Of a DNA stretch of 64,000 bases, positions 63,756-64,000 are shown piece after piece. The translations under genes were made by a program, and so were the position numbers. The notes under the pieces were generated by a model. It made no database searches. It saw only the letters and a program-made list of their open reading frames with translations, and was not told the DNA's origin. The stretch's first letter is position 1. Each line of letters opens with the position of its first letter. Origin of the DNA: Intoshia linei (taxonomy: Eukaryota; Animalia; Orthonectida); the NCBI GenBank assembly GCA_001642005.1, contig LWCA01000015.1, forward strand, positions 1 to 64,000, in the 5' to 3' direction.

Positions 63756-64000
63756 TCTTAGTGTAAATATACTTTTTTGTAAAAGATTTAAAATACTGTG
63801 CGGTGAAATAATTATTTTAAGGATTATTAGAAATATAATATAAAAGAATATAATAGAAATATAAAGAATTATTCATGGTATCTTAACAGTTAAGACTTAA
63901 CTGGTGCGATGATTCCTAAATTTTCAACGATTCGATTCTAAATACTTTTGAATCATATTATATTTATGCAAGTTTTACTCATCTTAATTGGAAGAAAAAC

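Overview
Very AT-rich animal (metazoan) nuclear DNA. Most spliceosomal GT-AG introns are tiny (about 32-45 nt), and the minority of long introns are filled with non-autonomous DNA transposons. The architecture and the protostome-type tropomyosin tail suggest a reduced spiralian parasite genome such as the orthonectid Intoshia; this is inference and not provable here. Genes assembled by hand from exons, left to right: MSH4 (5' end outside window), cytosolic TrpRS, an SLC22-like transporter, NCKX/SLC24, POLD2, CTDP1/FCP1, Derlin, SSX2IP/ADIP, GINS1/Psf1, a NIM1-like kinase, a Tret1/GLUT8-like sugar transporter, EXOC8, TMEM55/PIP4P, an unannotated ~89-aa tail-anchored PPxY protein, an isolated last exon of mitochondrial IF2, the 3' end of tropomyosin with two alternative terminal exons, and RPL17. 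Repeats include hAT MITEs with 8-bp TSDs, piggyBac MITEs (TTAA), pogo/Tc1 elements (TA), Helitron-like elements and transposase remnants, often nested. Main highlights: (1) a TMEM55 lacking both the CX5R arginine and a PPxY motif sits head-to-head with a mini-protein carrying TMEM55-like N-terminal motifs; (2) gene packing is extreme, with stop codons 3 bp apart and ATGs 75 bp apart; (3) two single-N gaps probably mark a mis-scaffolded 10.6-kb contig. No prokaryotic-type system, CRISPR array, tRNA or rRNA was seen.
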